63,914 nt of DNA, filler included, from Thraustochytrium aureum (GCA_012862495.1; 6 parts of one record of this genome joined end to end with filler, not necessarily neighbours in it), one strand, 5' to 3'. Numbered from the whole stretch's first letter, positions 1-12,497 are shown. Numbers and translations are program-made. Notes: generated from the sequence alone by a model not told the origin.

Positions 1-135
1 TCCTACACGATCTGCTACGCACTAAAGCTCCAGCCATTTCGCACCATCTCCTTTGCAGTGGGTCTTGCTGGCACGCTCACGCTCGTGGAGAACGCCATGC
101 GCGGCGCTGGGGTGTCGCCGTTCTCGAGCGCTTAA
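1..135 (+). CDS. 3' end of a hydrophobic (membrane) protein, 5'-truncated by window edge
   Basis: Frame 1 is open from base 1 to TAA at 133-135: SYTICYALKLQPFRTISFAVGLAGTLTLVENAMRGAGVSPFSSA*. Family not recognised. Confidence 0.4.
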   Translation, partial: SYTICYALKLQPFRTISFAVGLAGTLTLVENAMRGAGVSPFSSA

Positions 136-297
136 GCCAACCCGGCTTGGAAAGAGACCTCGCAAATCGAACCTAAAACATAAACTCCTTCTTGCGCTCG
201 GCTCAGAGCTCGCTTGCTTGCACTGCTCGAAGCGCTTGGAATGGATGGAAAATGCTCCGCGCAGTGTTCAGGGCTTAACAATCTACATCAGCTCGGG

Positions 298-3200
298 TCA
301 GCAAGAGCCGACCACAGGGCGTTTGCGGCAGGCCTCCCAAGAGCCCCAGATCGCCCTCGCGCGCGACAGACCCAAGGCCACTCGCCGCGCGCGATCCTCT
401 GGGTCGCGCACAACTCGAGCAAGCACACGAGCAACAGAGCTCGGCGTCAAGTCCGAGGCACCCACGACGTAGGCGACTTCGCGCGAGGCGACCTCCAACG
501 AAGCCGTATTTGCGCTCAAGAGCACGACGGGACACCCGCAGGCCATCGCCTCCGCCACCGGCAGCCCGAAACCCTCTGCGAGAGAGAGGTACACGAGCGC
601 AGTTGCTTTACGGTACAGGTCGGCGAGCTCGGCGTCGTCGGCCACGAGCCGCCGCGTCTCAAGCGCAAGCTTGCCGGAAGCAACAAGCGGGCCGACCACA
701 GAACGCTCCTCATGCGAAAGAGGCGGCCCTCCTGCCAGCACGACATGGACGAGGTCAACACCGAGTTGATCGACAAGGGCTTCAACTGCGGCGAACAGGA
801 TATGGCCGCCTTTGTATCCGTGCCGCTCGCCGACAACAAGCCAGACCAACTTGTCTTCCGTCTCCGATGCGGCCGGCGCGGCGAGCGGGGAAAAGACGGC
901 CAGGTCCACTGCGAGCGGCATTAGGGCGACGGCGCGCGATTCCCCAAGCCGAGCCATATCCCGCCGCGTCGACTCGGAGACCGCAAGCAAGCGATCCGCG
1001 CGACGGATCGCGCGATGCTTGGCTCTCCATTCTGCCAGGTCCAAGTCCCACCCGAGCAGCTCGGGCGTCATGTCGTGCACGACCAGCACAGATCGCGTTT
1101 CAGAGCGCTCGCACCTGGTGTAGGCCGTGCTGAGAAACGCGTCAGGGGCGACATGCTGGCATATAGCCTCCAACGCCGCGTCGGCCGAGTCCAAAGCGCG
1201 GCTTGCTCCTGGGCCTGTCAGATCCGGCATGAGTGCCGCGACGCGCCAGTCGACGCTCGGCTCGCGCGCCATTGCAGCGAGGGCCCGAACAACATATCCG
1301 ACTGCGCGGCTCTCGTGAAATGATTGCGCTCGAGCCTCCACGCCGCGCAAGAGAACAGTCATAATTACGCCAGCCTTCGAAGCCCTACGAGCAAGGCGCG
1401 GCAGGAGCTCGGCCCAAACACGAGAGATTCCGCCGCCGCCGCCGCCGCCACTTTGAAGCTGGAACGCCGCCGCATCCACGAGAATGCGCCTTCGCCCCCC
1501 CGCGCCCGCTTGCGGGAGTGGGGGCAAGGGGACGACGGGGACGCCCCAAGCGATCGGGCTGTTCGCGGGACGGTCCGCGAAAACCTTGTAGCGCGCCGCC
1601 GTCGCGCCGTCCAGGCCCTTGTCGCGAGCAACCCACGCCAGGTACTTGGTTATGTCCACTGGTGGCTCGGCATCTTGCAGCGCTGTCCACTGATTGACGG
1701 CGTCCTGGTAGCCGTAGAACGCGGCCTTAAACGACTTGCTCGCGCAAGGCGTACGCATAGTGANNNNNNNNNNNNNNNNNNNNNNNNNNNNNNNNNNNNN
1801 NNNNNNNNNNNNNNNNNNNNNNNNNNNNNNTGAGTGAACGCGACGCCGCGCTGCGCCGTGGTTTCGTGGCCGAGGCAGGCCTGGCCCTCGAGCACCACCC
1901 ACTCGCCACCAGCAAGATCCGCTCCCGCACGCCACCTAGCCAGGCGCGGCGGCGCGTGGGAAACCCAGAGGTGGCGCGAGCCGGGCTCGAGGCGCCACAC
2001 GCGCAACCACTCGAGGCCGTCGTCGTGCGAGTACACGCCGCGGCCGCGCGACACGGTCACCAAATCAGGCCCGACAAAAAAGTGGCAGTCCACATACATG
2101 CACGCCGCTTGCGTTGACTGGGCCAGGTCCACCGCACTCGCAAGCGCCTGGGCAGACCAGAGTTCGTCAGCGTCGATCTGCACGAGCACGCACGGCCCAG
2201 ACATCCCCGCAAGCGCCGCATTCGCCATCTCCAACTTGTCCGCCCAACGGCCGTGGAGCCGCGGCGGACGATGAACGCGAACCCGACGGGGGAACCGACG
2301 AACCAGGTCGTCAAGGAATGCGCTCGTCCCGTCCGTGCTGGTCCCCGACTCGGGGTCAAAAGCATCCCCTGGCACCTCCTCGCGAGAGTAGGGCCGCGAC
2401 CTGTGAGCGCGACCCTCTGCGAACCCCTCCGCAATGTGCCACTCCCACTCGACGTCGTACCTCCATTCAAGCTCCTTGAGCGCAGCAAGGTGGTGTTGCA
2501 TGAATCGGCCGCCGTTGAGCACGAGCGTCATCACGCAAAGCCGCTGCGGCGCCTGCCGGACAGCAAATCTCACGTGCTGCGAGGCCGCAAGCGCGCCCCG
2601 CGACCGCGAGGGCGGCAATCGGGGGGCCTGAAACGCGGCAACGAGGTCGCCGCCTTCCCTGACTGGCCTGAACAACTGCACGCGAGCAGAGCTTCCGCCC
2701 GGGGGCACAGGGACCAAAAGCACTCTTGACTGCGACGGGAGCCGGACGCCGTCACCTATACACGCCCGTTGGACCACCCCCGGCGCGTCGCCAGCGACGA
2801 GCACACAGGCAAGGCCGACGTCGTCCCCTCCAAGCAGACCGTCGGACAACGCAACGCGCAACACGCCGTCGCTTACCTCGCCTGCAGGGACGACGACAGC
2901 GGCGCCGCCAGCTTGCCTCGTGGTTCGGCAACCTCGTTACTCTCCCTGGACCCGAGTTCGGCAAGCAGAGCCCCCAACACCGAAAATGGGCGCTCGCAGC
3001 GTCGTCCGGCAAGTTGTGCACTTGGCCCACCAACCGGCCCCAGGCAGATGTGACAGGGCGCCGAGCTCGCCGATGCCGAGGCCCCGCGCACTTTCCCTCA
3101 GCCGCTCGGTGCAGCAACCGGGCGACACGGACTCGGCGGCCTCGAGCAAAACCAGCCGGTCGGTCGGGTCCACAACATGTTCTGCCGCGCCAAGCAGACG

Positions 3201-4655
3201 CCGCAGCGGATCGCTGAACTGAAAGCCAGAGTCTCTTCCGACTATGGCGAGAGCATCTGCATCCCAGGGCATTGACCCAAGCACGCGAACAGCCCGCTCG
3301 CGAGCCCTTCGCCCGCAGCGGTGCTCGGCCTCGGCAAAGGCGACGCCGTCGCCCCCGCTCGGTGCCCCAGATTTCACCGCGTCCACGATCAAAGACACAG
3401 CCCCGCGCGGGTCGAGCCGCATCGAACGAAGGACCGCCCCCCAGCGCGGCGTCAGGCGCGTGGCCTCGGCCTCGACCATCGGCCAAGTGGCGTTGGCAGC
3501 GCTGTCAGATCCGTCACCCCGCTCGAGAACGTGCACTTTGTCGAATCCCGCAACCGCAAACAAGGCTGCCATGGCGCCGGCTGAGAACTGCGTGCGGTGG
3601 CCATCCTCCAGGTCCTTCAAGCTGTCCGCTGCAAGCAGCTTCCCTGGCACGGCAACGCGGAGGTAGGCATCGTGGGAAACGAGCTCGCCGAAACGCGTCA
3701 CGCGGCGCGGGCACTCGTCTAGAGCCTCGAGCGCCAAGCGGGCTGCAGCGAGGGCTTGCACCGGGTCGAGGTGCTCCCATACGTGCTCGGCAAGCATGGC
3801 TTGGGCTCCGTGCACGCCGAATATGCCAACAAAATCTGCTCGGCTACGCACGTCAACTGCGTCCGCGTCGGTATGTACCCATCCGGGCGGCGGCGCCGAG
3901 TTCCCGCCCCCGAGAACAACGCGTACTGCCTTGCCGCTTCTCGCGAGCTCGGTGATGCGGCTGCGCAACAGGCGCCTGCGCGCTTTCTTGGTCTGGGCTC
4001 GCGCGTGCACGGCTTCTACGAGGTCATCCAGCTGCGCCACAGCCAAGCTCAGGCCTGCGCTGGATGCGGCGTCGCGCACCGCTGCCTCGATCGCGTCGTG
4101 CGAGGCGCTGATTGGGACCGCAACGGGGATATGTGCGCCGCCATCGCTTGTGAAGGTGAGCCGCACGACGTCCTGGTCTGGCGCAGGCTCGGGGCAGGCC
4201 CTCGTCACGAGGCTTGCGCCAAGCGCTGCCAGGCAGAGCCTCTTTGGGGGCGCGATGAGCCTGGTCTCGGCTCCGGATGGTCGGCCTGCCTCGAAGCCAA
4301 CCAACGCGGCAAGAAAGCACTCGCCTGGGAGCACCTCTGCAGGCCACCAAATCGTGGATGCCCCCGGCAACGCCCACCCGGCCGCGAAGAACTGCCCCGA
4401 GGTGAGCTCCCGCAGCTCGAGCTTGACTCGCTCGCGTCCGCCAGTCTCAGCCGCCACCAGGGGGCCAAACTCCACCTCCAACGCGCGCTCCCCGCAAACG
4501 TGGACAATGCGAGCGGCCACATCTGCCCACGCCCTTGCGCCAGCTTCTTCCCCTGCGCTCTCAGCGTCGCCGGCTGGGGCAGTCGCGCCGGCGGCGTGCG
4601 CGCAAGCCAGGCCGCAGCAGCACAGCGCCGACAGTGACCTCGTCCATCGTCCCAT
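298..4655 (-). CDS. Multidomain secretory protein: signal peptide + class I SAM methyltransferase + GT2-like domain + GT4 (GT-B) glycosyltransferase; broken by indels, a stop and a gap
   Basis: ORF 2937-4655 has MGRWTRSLSALCCCGLACAHAAG (signal-like), GWVHTD..AMLAEHVWEHL..YLRVAVP..SLIVDAVK (MTase). ORF 1650-2864 is in the same frame beyond a TAA and has TLVLNG..WEWHIAEG..STDGT..VQIDADELW..EWLRVWR. ORF 298-1762 has HDMTPE..AVSESTRRD..SLAEGFGLPVAEAMACGCPV (GT4 EX7E motif). Confidence 0.7.
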
Positions 4656-5296
4656 GGACGTCAGACGCGCTGCCCTGCTCAGGCCCCCGCGCCAGCCCTG
4701 GGGACAGCAAAGCCAGTGCCCACAGGCAGGCAGGCGGGCGGGCAGGCAGGCAGGCCCTGCGCGCAGCCGCGGGAGACAAGANNNNNNNNNNNNNNNNNNN
4801 NNNNNNNNNNNNNNNNNNNNNNNNNNNNNNNNNNNNNNNNNNNNNNNNNNNNNNNNNNNNNNNNNNNNNNNNNNNNGGGTCTGGTGGATATCTGTCCACC
4901 CAGTGCTGACCGATTGATGGCTCGACCTCGACCTGTGCGTTGATCGAGGCGCGATCGCCGCGAACGGCTAGCGAAGGACTCCAGCGTGCTCCGCGCTTGC
5001 TGCACTCGTGCACTCGTGTCAGCGAAGTTTCGCTCTGGTGCATGCACGCTGGCGAGAAGGAGCGCACCGCACTATCGGCGTGCAGGGGCCGACGGCGCAC
5101 GCTCGCGTCCGCGGAGGGCGCCACGCAGAACGGCACCATCTTGGTGCAGCACAGCGCACAGCGCAGCAAATCATTCCAGGTATTTTTCTTTCTTGAAAAG
5201 TCGAAGATTGGCAGTGAACGATTGATTGATTTCAATTGAATTGTTGATCGGTCGTTGCGGAATGCACGTCCTTTGTTGGCCATGGTCTCGGGCGAA

Positions 5297-8200
5297 TCAC
5301 CAAGCAAAGAGCTTGGCGATCTTGCCTTCAGGATGGCGCGTTGCCCACCACTTCCGACCTTCCACGAACGGCCAAATGAAACCAGCAAAGATAAACGGGG
5401 TGGCCCAGATGTACGACGGGGGGTTGGCCGTAGCGAAGAACGGCTGCGAGAACGGAAGGTAAACGATGCAGACCATGATGAGGACTTCAACCATGACACC
5501 ATAAATGATGACAATGTTGGACGAGCAGCTTTGCCACATGTTGACGAAACGGGTCCGGCACACCCAGATATGCGTCGTTTGCGAGCCCACGAGGCCGATG
5601 AAGTAGGCAGCGTGGGCTTGGTTGAGGATCTCGACTTGCTTGTCAGCATTGTATACCGTACCGTCGGCCGTGATCAGGTTGTCCGAATCCGATGCGAAGT
5701 AGTCGGTGAAAGGAAGCGTCGACAAAGAGATTCCGTACGACCAGAAAACGAGGAATGCGCTGAGGAGGGCGACTCCGAGCTGAATGAGACCAGCAATCAA
5801 GTACGCATAGGTCAGGAGGTTCTTGGTGATGAGTCGGTCCCGGAGCATGTCGCGAGGCGGGCGGTTCATGAGGCGTGGCTCAGCTGACTCGTAAGCGAGC
5901 GAGATGGCGGGGATCATGTCGGTGCCAAGGTCGATGCTGAGCACAAGGATGCTCGTGATGAGGAACGGAAACCCGAAGACCAAGGCAAGGATGGAAGGGA
6001 AGACCTCCGGCCACAAGTGGGTCAACGTGTACGCGACCGACTTGATCAAGTTGTCAAAGATGACACGGCCCTCCTCAACGCCCTGCACGATCGTCGACCA
6101 ATCGTTGGTAACCAGCACCACGTTGGCGGCGTCACGCGACACGTCGCTGCCGACCGTCCCCATCGCGATCCCGATATCGGCTTGGCGGAGGGCCGGGGCG
6201 TCGTTCACGCCGTCGCCAGTGACGGCCACGACTTCGCCCAGACGTTGGCAGTGCTTGACGATCTGCAGCTTTTGTTCTGGAGTGGTGCGAGCAAAGACGA
6301 TTTCGCGGTGGTCGAGGATCTCGTTCCATGCCTCGTCGTCCAGGTCGAAGAGCTTATGGCCGTGCACAACGATTGCGCCAACCTCGTCGATCGGGACATG
6401 CTCGGCCTTGATTCCGCGAGCCGCGGCGATCTCCTCCTTGGTGTAAAAGTCGCGGATGATGCCGACCTTGCGCGCGATGGCGCCGCCGGTGAGCGGGTGG
6501 TCGCCAGTGACCATGATCACCTTGATCCCGGCCGTTCGGCACGCTGCCACCGCCTCCTTGACGCCCACGCGGGGCGGATCGACGAGCGAGACCAGACCAA
6601 CGAATGAAAGGCCGCTAAGCGCAGGGAATTCGGGCGTGCCAGACTTGTACTTGGGGTCATGATCAGGCGGAAAGGCTTCCGCATCGAGGTACATTTCGGC
6701 GAATCCAAGTACACGCTCGCCTTGCGAGGCGAACGACTCGTACGACTGGTTGTACATGGTCATGAAGTTTTCGTCGATCGGCTTGGTGCTCCCGCCGACA
6801 ACGTAGGTGGTGCACATGGCAAGGACGATCTCCGGCGCCCCCTTGATCCAGAGAATGCGGCGCTGGTCCGGGGATTCCGGCTTGGGGCGGATGATGCACG
6901 CGCTGTATTTGTTGGAGGAGTTGAACGGAACTTCGTAGATGACGTCGTACTTGGCGCGGGTCGCGCTCACGGGAAAGACCTTGTCGCTGAACTTCATCAG
7001 GCCGACATCGGACGCGTCCCCGGTCACTTCAACGTTCTCCTCGGTCTTCTCTTCGACGGGGCTCCCTCCAACATAGTCAATCCTGCTGATCGACGGGCTG
7101 CGGCCGCCCATCAAGCCGCTCGGGCGGCGTCCAGCCGTCACCTTGGCGCTGCTGCTGATGCGCCCGCCTGGGACGGTAACCACGAGATCATCGGCGGTCG
7201 GGTTTTCCATGGGGAGGGTCTTGAACGAGAGCTTTTGCTTGAGAAACAGCGGTCCGCCCTTGTACAGCGAGAACTCCGAGTCGTTGTAGGCAGCCTTGTT
7301 GCACACGCCAGCCATGTCAACGAGCCCCTTCAGGTGCGGGTTGCGATCAAAGTGCGTGGCGGAGGCGGCGCCCTCAACAAGCATCGGCGCCGTCAGGGTT
7401 TGTTCGCCAACCCACAGGTGGCAGGCAGTCATCACGTTCTGCGTCAACGTGCCCGTCTTGTCGGTGCAAATGCACGAGGCAGACCCGAGCGTTTCGATCG
7501 TGTTGAGGGACTTGACGTAGATGTTCTTCTTGGCCAGCCTGCGGCCGCTCACGTTGAGCGCGACCATGACCGTCAGCTGCAGCCCTTGCGGTACATTGGC
7601 GATGATGATGACCACGAATCCGTTGACAAAGGCAAAAGCAGGGTCTTCGCCCTGCGCCACGCTTGCGACGAATACAATGATAGCCATCACGATAGCGAGC
7701 ACTGAGATGAACGAAACCAGGCGGTCGATCTCAACCTCCAGCGTCGTCTTGCCCTTTTCCACGCCCATGGCGACACTGGCAATGCGTCCGAGCAGGGTCT
7801 GGTCGCTGGTCCGCACAACGATTCCGAGCGCCTCGCCCTCGATGACCAGGGAGCTGCTGAACGCAACGTTGGTCGCCTCGTTAATCGGTGTGGCCTTGTC
7901 TTCGCAGGCTTCAACGACCAGCGGGATTGCGTCGCTTTCACCGGTGAGCGAGCTGCACTCCACGCGGACGTTGTTGTTGGTCATCAGTCGGACGTCGGCC
8001 GGGACTTGGTCGCCGCCCTTGAGAAAAATGACGTCGCCAACCACGAGCTCTTCAGCGGAGATTTCAATTGTGCGGCCGGCGCGGATCACCATGCACTTCT
8101 TCGGGAGCATCTTGCGAAAGGTGTCCATCAGGGATGCGACCTTGCCCTCCTCCTTGTACGAAAGCGTGCAAGCGACGATGCACACCACGTAGAGGATCAC

Positions 8201-8525
8201 GCCGAGGTAGAGATTCATGATGTCCTCCTTGGCCAGCGCGATACTGAGGGTCCCGGCTCCCATGAGGAGCAGAATGAAGCGGTCCTTGAACTTTTCCAGG
8301 AAGCGGAGCCATTCGGGCTTTTGGTAGGGCGGCGTGAGGATGTTCTTCCCGAACACCTGCAGCCGTCGCGCTGCTTCAGCGTCAGTTAGGCCGCCCGAGT
8401 TCTTGGGGTTCGCGGAAGCTGAACGACGTCCCAAACTTGCGCACTACCTGCTCGCATTCTTCGAGGTGCTCCGTCAAGTTGGCCGCAAGGTCTTCCTTCG
8501 TGGGGCCCTGGCTAGCAGAAGCCAT
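5297..8525 (-). CDS. P-type ATPase, type IIC (Na+/K+- or H+/K+-ATPase alpha-like); likely true ATG at 8525 with a single-base indel near 8420
   Basis: GLT..EAARRL..N.LTPP..PEW, SSLTGES, CTDKTGTLTQN, KGAPE, MVTGDHP, TGDGVND, SIDLGTDMIPAISLAYE. The upstream frame MASASQGPTKEDLAANLTEH.. joins by a 1-nt shift. Confidence 0.93.
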
Positions 8526-10694
8526 TTTGTCGTCTCGTGTTCAAACTCTCTGGTCTTCTCCCGATGGCCTTGTTTCCGTGTCTAGCAAGCGCGAGCTGAG
8601 CTGCCAAAGTCAATTAGCAACCCGCCCCGCCCGCGCGCATTCGACACCGTCCGTGCTCCGCTGTGCTCTGCCGAGTCCTACAGAGCCGAAGTCCTGATGC
8701 AGATTGGGGTTTGGAAGGCCGCACCTGTAGCTCGTGAACGTCTGAGCATGGCTGCTCTATAAAGACCAACCGAAGCGCTTACGTTTCGATCGCAGTGAAG
8801 TGTCAACGGATATGCGCCGCCTCTCTCAACTGCTCGGGTGCGTTTCATGCTCCAGAGTGAGCGGCGGGCAGCGATTCGTCAGAATCGCTACATGAGCCTA
8901 CCCCGTCGAAAGGCATTGCCTAGGGGCGGGGCGTTGATTTCTTCGACCTGTTCCGGGCAGTGTTAGTTGGCTGGTTTGTTTCCGCCCGAACCCTTGCCTT
9001 TGAGAGCTCTGTTAAGGCTGACGAAGGCCTTCAGCAGACTGCAGACGCGACGCGTTCCCTTCCCTTTACGAATTTGAAATCAGTTAGGAGAAGATGTAAA
9101 AAGATGTTGGCCAAGGTAGGTGCCGAGCTCAACGATCAAGCAAACGTCGTTGATTGTAGTTTAGGCCTCGCCATCGCCTCTTTGCCCAATTCCTCGGTAG
9201 CAAAACTGGCTCATTCAACGCCTCTCGATGGCTGCTCTTCTTCCCTTCCGCCGCCGCCCGGGTTTCCGTTTCCGAGTCGCTGAAAAGTCGCGTTCGCTTG
9301 CCAGAAAAACCAGGCACGTTGCACCTGGAGGAGAATGCGTCGTCGACCTCGGCCAGTCACACACGTGAGCCTCGCAACTTTCACCACGCGGCGCTGGCGA
9401 CGCTCTCACTCACCACAATGCCTTTGCCAATCAAAAAATCGAGCCGCTTCCTGAATGGCCGAAGAAAATGCTGGGGCGGAGCTCGCCACGTTTCGTTACA
9501 ACAGCAAATCTTCTGGCTGCAAGACATGGTCAACGGACATTTTACCGGATTCGTTGCGCTCTTGCGCAAGGAAGCGAGCGCTGGTCCTCTGAAGCCTCGG
9601 GCGGCACTCCAGCCTGCCTTCAGCCGCTGATTTGCTCCAACAGAAAGGCGTTGCGCGTGTAGACGCCACACCCCGGCCAGCGCCCGCCTTGCCGAATCCG
9701 TTTGCCGGGCCCAACTCGGAGCAGAATTGGACGTTCTTCAGGCCACGCCCAACCGCGCGGGCCGTCAGCAGCGCCCTGCCCTCAGAGCCCCAGACAACAG
9801 ACAGCCGCCCGAGCGGAACGGCTTGCTGCACTCCGCGCGGCACCCACTGCGCCGCTTCGCCACACGAGAGCGCTCTCTACGAATACAGAGTAGGAGAGAG
9901 CCACATCAGCGGCGAAAGGCGACCTGAACGGCTTGATCCAACGGCCACGGCCAGCAGGAGATTCGTTCACAGAGCTGGACGGGACCGCTGCGCATACGGC
10001 GCGACCTGAGCCAGTACTCTCGCGGCCGAGCGCGCATCGGAGCCCGTGCACGCTGGTGAAGCAGTAGGTCCGAGCACAGCGACACCGTCGCCAAATCCAC
10101 GAGGTGCAAACACCCAGCGTCGCAGTCAACGATCAACGAATGCTTCTCTCCAGGAACAACGAATCGCTCGCATTCGCGAAGAGTGTTTTTCCTGTTCCAC
10201 GGCCTCCAGAGGATACTTGGAGGGCAGCCCGTCGCGCGACGCACGGGTCGCGCGGCCGCCTCACATCAGCCCGTGAGGCGCACTTTCCTCCCTCACACCG
10301 CGTCCGTGAGGCGAAGCGCGCATCGCCTCTCTTTCCCCGGTGGGCTTCGCCGGGTTTCCGCGAGAGGGGGCTGCGTTGTTCTTGGCTTTTTTAGCGCCCA
10401 GGTTTCGAGCCTGTGGGGGGGCGTTTTGTGGATTTTTCTCAACTTTTCGCTGTTTTGGCAGCTTTTGCGCCTCGAGAGAGGGAAGGGGGAAGGGAGAGAG
10501 TGAGCTTCGGAGATGGGGAGGGAGTGAGTGGCGCAGACGGACAAGACAGACACGCAGGCCACGGGGAAGCGGCAGAGCTTGAAAGCAGCGCAGCAGCAGG
10601 GACGCACGACGAGCAGCGTTGAAGGGTTTGGCGGGTCGCACAGGCGGAGCTGCGGGAGAAGCCGGTCGCGCGGAGAAGGCGAGAGGAGGCAGGG

Positions 10695-11558
10695 ATGGCG
10701 AACGCGGCGAGGCAGGTCGCCGTCGGGTTGACGCGGGTCGCGCAGCTCGCGGGAACGGTCGGCGTCCTCGGGTGGGCGGGACAGAACGCGCTGTACAACG
10801 TGGACGCCGGTGAGGCCGCCGTGCTGTATGACGCCTTCCGACAGGGTATCCAGCCGGACGCGCGCACGGAGGGCACGCACTTCAAGGTGCCGTTCGTGCA
10901 GACGCCGTTCATCTATTCGATCAGGTGCAAGCCGCGCGTCGTGAGCAGCTCCACGCCCACCAAGGACCTGCAGACGGTCAACATTGCCCTGCGCGTGCTC
11001 TCGCGGCCCCAGGTCGAACACCTGCCCAAGATCCACCGCGAGCTCGGCGAAAAGTACGACGACCGCGTCCTGCCCTCGATCGTGAACGAGGTGCTCAAGT
11101 CGGTCGTGGCGCAGTACAACGCCGACCAGCTCATCACCATGCGCGAAAAGGTCTCGCAGCAGATTATTGAGATCCTCAACGAGCGCGCCAAGGGCTTCCA
11201 CATCACCCTCGACGACGTCTCCATCACGCACCTCACGTTCGGCGCCGACTTTACCACCTCCGTTGAGGCCAAGCAGGTTGCGCACCAGGAGGCTGAGTGC
11301 TCCAAGTTCCTTGTCGCCAAGGCCGAGCAGGAGAAGAAGGTCCGCATCATCGAGGCCGAGGGCGAGTCGCAGGCCGCCGAGCTCATCTCCGACGCGCTCA
11401 AGAAGAACGGCCGCGGCCTCATTGAAGTGCGCAAGATCGACGCTGCCAAGGACATTGCGGCCAACCTCGCTGGCTCGCGCAACGTGGTCTACCTTCCGAC
11501 GGGGAGCGGCAACGGCAACGGCGGTGGCGTCAGCATGCTTCTCAGCGTGGGCCAGTGA
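10695..11558 (+). CDS. PHB: Prohibitin (SPFH/band 7, PHB1-like)
   Basis: LYNVDAG..AVLYD.F..EGTHF.VP, TKDLQTVNIALRVLSRP, RVLPSIVNEVLKSVVAQYNA.QLIT.RE, SRNVVYLP; intronless, 287 aa. Confidence 0.95.
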   Translation: MANAARQVAVGLTRVAQLAGTVGVLGWAGQNALYNVDAGEAAVLYDAFRQGIQPDARTEGTHFKVPFVQTPFIYSIRCKPRVVSSSTPTKDLQTVNIALRVLSRPQVEHLPKIHRELGEKYDDRVLPSIVNEVLKSVVAQYNADQLITMREKVSQQIIEILNERAKGFHITLDDVSITHLTFGADFTTSVEAKQVAHQEAECSKFLVAKAEQEKKVRIIEAEGESQAAELISDALKKNGRGLIEVRKIDAAKDIAANLAGSRNVVYLPTGSGNGNGGGVSMLLSVGQ

Positions 11559-11834
11559 GCAAAACGAGTCGGTGAGCTGCGCGGCCTGTAGGGCTCTGCG
11601 CGACGTGGGCTGGCGTGATTTTTCTTCTTACTGTTCATGCTCGCCTTCTCCGAGAACCACTTGCACATGCTTTTTCCTTTTTTGGGCCTTTGTTGTTTGC
11701 GCTCATGGCGGGCGCGGGGTCGTGGCGTCGCGGCTTGGGCAGGTGTGCGCCGAGCACGGGCGATGCAGGGCGCGGGAGGGGGGAGGCGCCGCAAGTAAGT
11801 AAGGCCGACAAAGCAAACGAGGAATTGTTTCCAA

Positions 11835-12155
11835 CTACTTGGTCCCTGCCAGCTCCTTGACCGCCTTTTCGATCTCCATCGTGCGCTTGACGCTCTCCTC
11901 CATGGTCTTCTGGATCATCGTAATATTGCCCTTGACGCTCTCGAGCGCCTCCGACACGCTCTGCTCCACCAAGACGTCGCCGACGAGCCGAAACGCGCGC
12001 CGGTCCTGGGGCAAGGTATCCAGCACGTCGATCGCCACCTTGTGCTCGCGCTCCTGCGTCTCCAGATGCACCACCCTATTGCGCAGCTGCTGCAGCTCCT
12101 CCGCTTGCTGCTTGAGCATCTGCTCCTTGGTCGGCTTGCCCGCGCCGTCCGCCAT
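11835..12155 (-). CDS. PFDN2: Prefoldin subunit 2 (beta-type)
   Basis: LETQEREHKVAIDVL..LPQDRRAFRLVGDVLVEQSVSEAL..V..N; 106 aa from the ATG at 12155. Confidence 0.88.
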   Translation of the reverse strand: MADGAGKPTKEQMLKQQAEELQQLRNRVVHLETQEREHKVAIDVLDTLPQDRRAFRLVGDVLVEQSVSEALESVKGNITMIQKTMEESVKRTMEIEKAVKELAGTK

Positions 12156-12497
12156 CGCCGCCGCCCAACCGTCCAAATCCACCCTTCGAGNNNNNNNNNN
12201 NNNNNNNNNNNNNNNNNNNNNNNNNNNNNNNNNNNNNNNNNNNNNNNNNNNNNNNNNNNNNNNNNNNNNNNNNNNNGAAGTGGCAATGAGTCAGGCGTCC
12301 TGGACGGCAGGCAGACCCCGAACGCGTCCGTCCCTGCCGCGGCCCCCACGGCGGCACAGCAGCAGTGCGCGGGCCGGGCGAGGAGGCGCTCACTCGCCAG
12401 GCAAAGCTGCTCGGACCTGTGCTCGCGGAGCCACCGCGGAGGGCGCTCGGCGGGCAGGCGGGCGGGCGGGCCGAGGTGCTCGTCGCGATCGACCGCG

